Part shown: piece by piece, positions 17,432 through 18,922 of the stretch
Layout of the letters: each line of letters opens with the position of its first letter
How positions within the stretch are numbered: the stretch's first letter is position 1
Source: an uncultured bacterium
GTDB taxonomy: Bacteria > Abyssobacteria > SURF-5
Reading direction: 5' to 3'
Assembly: GCA_964510165.1 (NCBI GenBank)
Contig: CAZEBC010000065.1
Coordinates: 1 to 18,922, forward strand
DNA: 18,922 nucleotides
Notes under the pieces: model-generated
Databases searched by the model: none
What the model saw: only the letters and a program-made list of their open reading frames with translations
Told to the model about the DNA's origin: nothing
Program-made: the position numbers and the translations under genes

Positions 17432-17504
17432 CGATAGGCTTCCCGTAACCGCCGAAGGAATCTGGAACACCCATTGCGCGGCGGGGGCCGCCGCCGAAAG
17501 CCCC

Positions 17505-17606
17505 TCACCCCCGCTCGTCTTCGAGGGCGGCTGTGTTCGCGTTCCGAAGAAGCCCGGTCTGGGTTTGGATCTCGACGAAAGGAAGATGCTGGGTTTCGCG
17601 CTGTGA
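17505..17606 (+). pseudogene. 3' remnant of an enolase-superfamily (mandelate racemase/muconate lactonizing) gene
   Basis: PLVFEGGCVRVPKKPGLGLDLDERKM resembles the conserved C-terminal G...VP..PGLG.(E/D)LDE segment; upstream sequence is regulatory and lacks the rest of the enzyme. Left boundary approximate. Confidence 0.55.
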
Positions 17607-17626
17607 GTTGACGAGACGCGCCCAAT

Positions 17627-18817
17627 TCAAATCAATTCGAGCGCCTGGTCGAGGTCCGCGATGATGTCCTCGGGGTCCTCGAAGCCGACCGCCAGCCGAA
17701 CCAGTTCGTCCAGCACCCCGATCGCCAGTCTCTCTTCGCGGGTCAATGAGTAATACGTGACCGTCGCGGGATGTGTGATGAGCGATTCGGGCCCGCCAAG
17801 GCTGGGACCGATGAGGATCAGCTTGAGCGCGTCGAGAAACTTGAGCGTCTGGTCGAAGTTCGCGTCCACCTCAAACGTGACCACTCCGCCGAATCCGCGC
17901 ATCTGCTTCTTGGCGAGCTCGTGGTGGCGATGGCTCGGAAGGCCGGGATAATAGACCTTCTTGACCCGGGGGTGCTTCTCCAAGTGTTCGGCCACGAGCG
18001 TGGCGGTGCGGTTCTGACGCTCCATCCGAAGCGAGAACGTCTTGAGGCCGCGCAACAGCAGGTAACAGGAGTTGGGGTCGGTGATGCCGCCCGCCATCTT
18101 CTGGAAATTCTTGATGCGCTCGAAGTATTTCCGGTTGGTCAACACCGCGCCCGAGAGCACGTCGTTGTGCCCGCCGAGGAATTTGGTGCCGCTGTGAATG
18201 ACGATGTCGATGCCGAACTCGAGCGGCTTCTGGTTGTATGGCCCGCCAAAGGTGCTGTCGATGACCGTGGTCGCGTTATGTTTCCGGCCGAGCTCGGCCA
18301 CCTTCGCCATGTCAGCGATGTTGAGATACGGGTTCGTGGGCGATTCGGAGAACAGGACCGTCGTGTTCTTGCGGATCGCATTCTCCATCGCCTTGTTGTC
18401 GCCCATCGGGACAACGGTCACCTCGATACCGAAGCGCGGCAGGAAATTCTCCGCGAAATTGAGTGTCTGCTTGTAGGCGTCATCGGTCAGGATGATGTGG
18501 TCGCCCGTCTTCATAAGCGCGAGCAGGGTTCCGCTGATCGCGCTCATGCCGCAGTCGAACAAGAGACAACATTCTGCCCCCTCCAGCAGCGCCAGTTTTT
18601 TCTCCGCGGTTTCCTGTGTCGGGTTTCCGTACCTGCCGTATTCGTAGTGCGGCTTCTTGCCGGAGGTGTATTGAAGCACCTCATCCATGTTCTTGAAAAT
18701 GAACGTCGAGGTCTGCACAATCGGCGTGGTGACTGAGCCGCGCCATCTGTTCTCGCCCCCGTGAACAGCTATCGTCGATTCGCCGGGACTCTGTTTCTTC
18801 TTCTTAGACAACTTCAT
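17627..18817 (-). CDS. Cys/Met metabolism PLP-dependent enzyme, likely cystathionine gamma-synthase
   Basis: TPIVQTSTF, YEYGRYGNPT, ESPTNP, IDSTF, HSGTKFLGGHND (PLP lysine), RGLKT, YPGLPSH, SLGGPESL. Start ATG 18817 or TTG 18811. Confidence 0.9.
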   Translation of the reverse strand: MKLSKKKKQSPGESTIAVHGGENRWRGSVTTPIVQTSTFIFKNMDEVLQYTSGKKPHYEYGRYGNPTQETAEKKLALLEGAECCLLFDCGMSAISGTLLALMKTGDHIILTDDAYKQTLNFAENFLPRFGIEVTVVPMGDNKAMENAIRKNTTVLFSESPTNPYLNIADMAKVAELGRKHNATTVIDSTFGGPYNQKPLEFGIDIVIHSGTKFLGGHNDVLSGAVLTNRKYFERIKNFQKMAGGITDPNSCYLLLRGLKTFSLRMERQNRTATLVAEHLEKHPRVKKVYYPGLPSHRHHELAKKQMRGFGGVVTFEVDANFDQTLKFLDALKLILIGPSLGGPESLITHPATVTYYSLTREERLAIGVLDELVRLAVGFEDPEDIIADLDQALELI

Positions 18818-18875
18818 CCTCCTGTCCTGAGAGGGGTGGACCCTAGGTGCTGGTGAACCGATAAGAATACAGGAT

Positions 18876-18904
18876 AGACTATCACGAAACGGTTGAAACG
18901 TCAA
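18876..18904 (-). promoter_or_regulatory. sigma70-type promoter of the PLP enzyme gene
   Basis: Minus strand TTGACG, 17 nt spacer, TAGTCT preceded by TGn (extended -10). Confidence 0.55.
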
Positions 18905-18922
18905 ACGCGGCGCAAGGCGGCA

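Noticed and set aside
17230-17500. c-di-GMP riboswitch upstream of the surface protein
   Set aside because: No GGCAAAC...GAAA...GACGCAAA pattern; the region is better explained by a sigma54 promoter.
17316-17606. Full 96-aa + strand CDS
   Set aside because: The 5' part covers the sigma54 regulatory region and has no good start; only the last ~33 codons look protein-derived.
18818-18875. SAM riboswitch upstream of the Met-pathway gene
   Set aside because: CTTATC is present, but the leader is only about 55 nt and lacks the remaining SAM-I core.

Overview
GC-rich bacterial chromosomal window with about 18 genes and no rRNA, tRNA, CRISPR array or intact transposase. Left to right: (1) a surface-glycan group on + (GDP-L-fucose synthase, SAM-methyltransferase/GT2 fusion, Gfo/Idh/MocA oxidoreductase); (2) an FmdB zinc-ribbon gene, a TolB/PD40-like lipoprotein and a DUF296/PPC protein; (3) a more AT-rich type II toxin-antitoxin pair; (4) a minus-strand iron locus, fur - feoB - small 8-Cys protein - DtxR/FeoA fusion - apbE flavin transferase, with two matching Fur-box-like palindromes and a near-consensus sigma70 promoter; (5) a divergent MBL-fold hydrolase and PNPOx-like FMN-binding protein; (6) a ~1417-aa lipoprotein with ~9 IPT/TIG repeats and three C-terminal F-x-H-D-[FY] repeats behind a sigma54-type promoter; (7) a short enolase-superfamily remnant; (8) a cystathionine gamma-synthase-type PLP enzyme. 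Several REP-like palindromes lie in intergenic spaces. The most interesting item is the Feo operon: it is coupled to an ApbE flavinylation enzyme and contains a DtxR-FeoA fusion with an apparently degenerate DNA-binding helix plus an uncharacterised Cys-rich protein. All calls come from motif recognition by eye; no searches were run.
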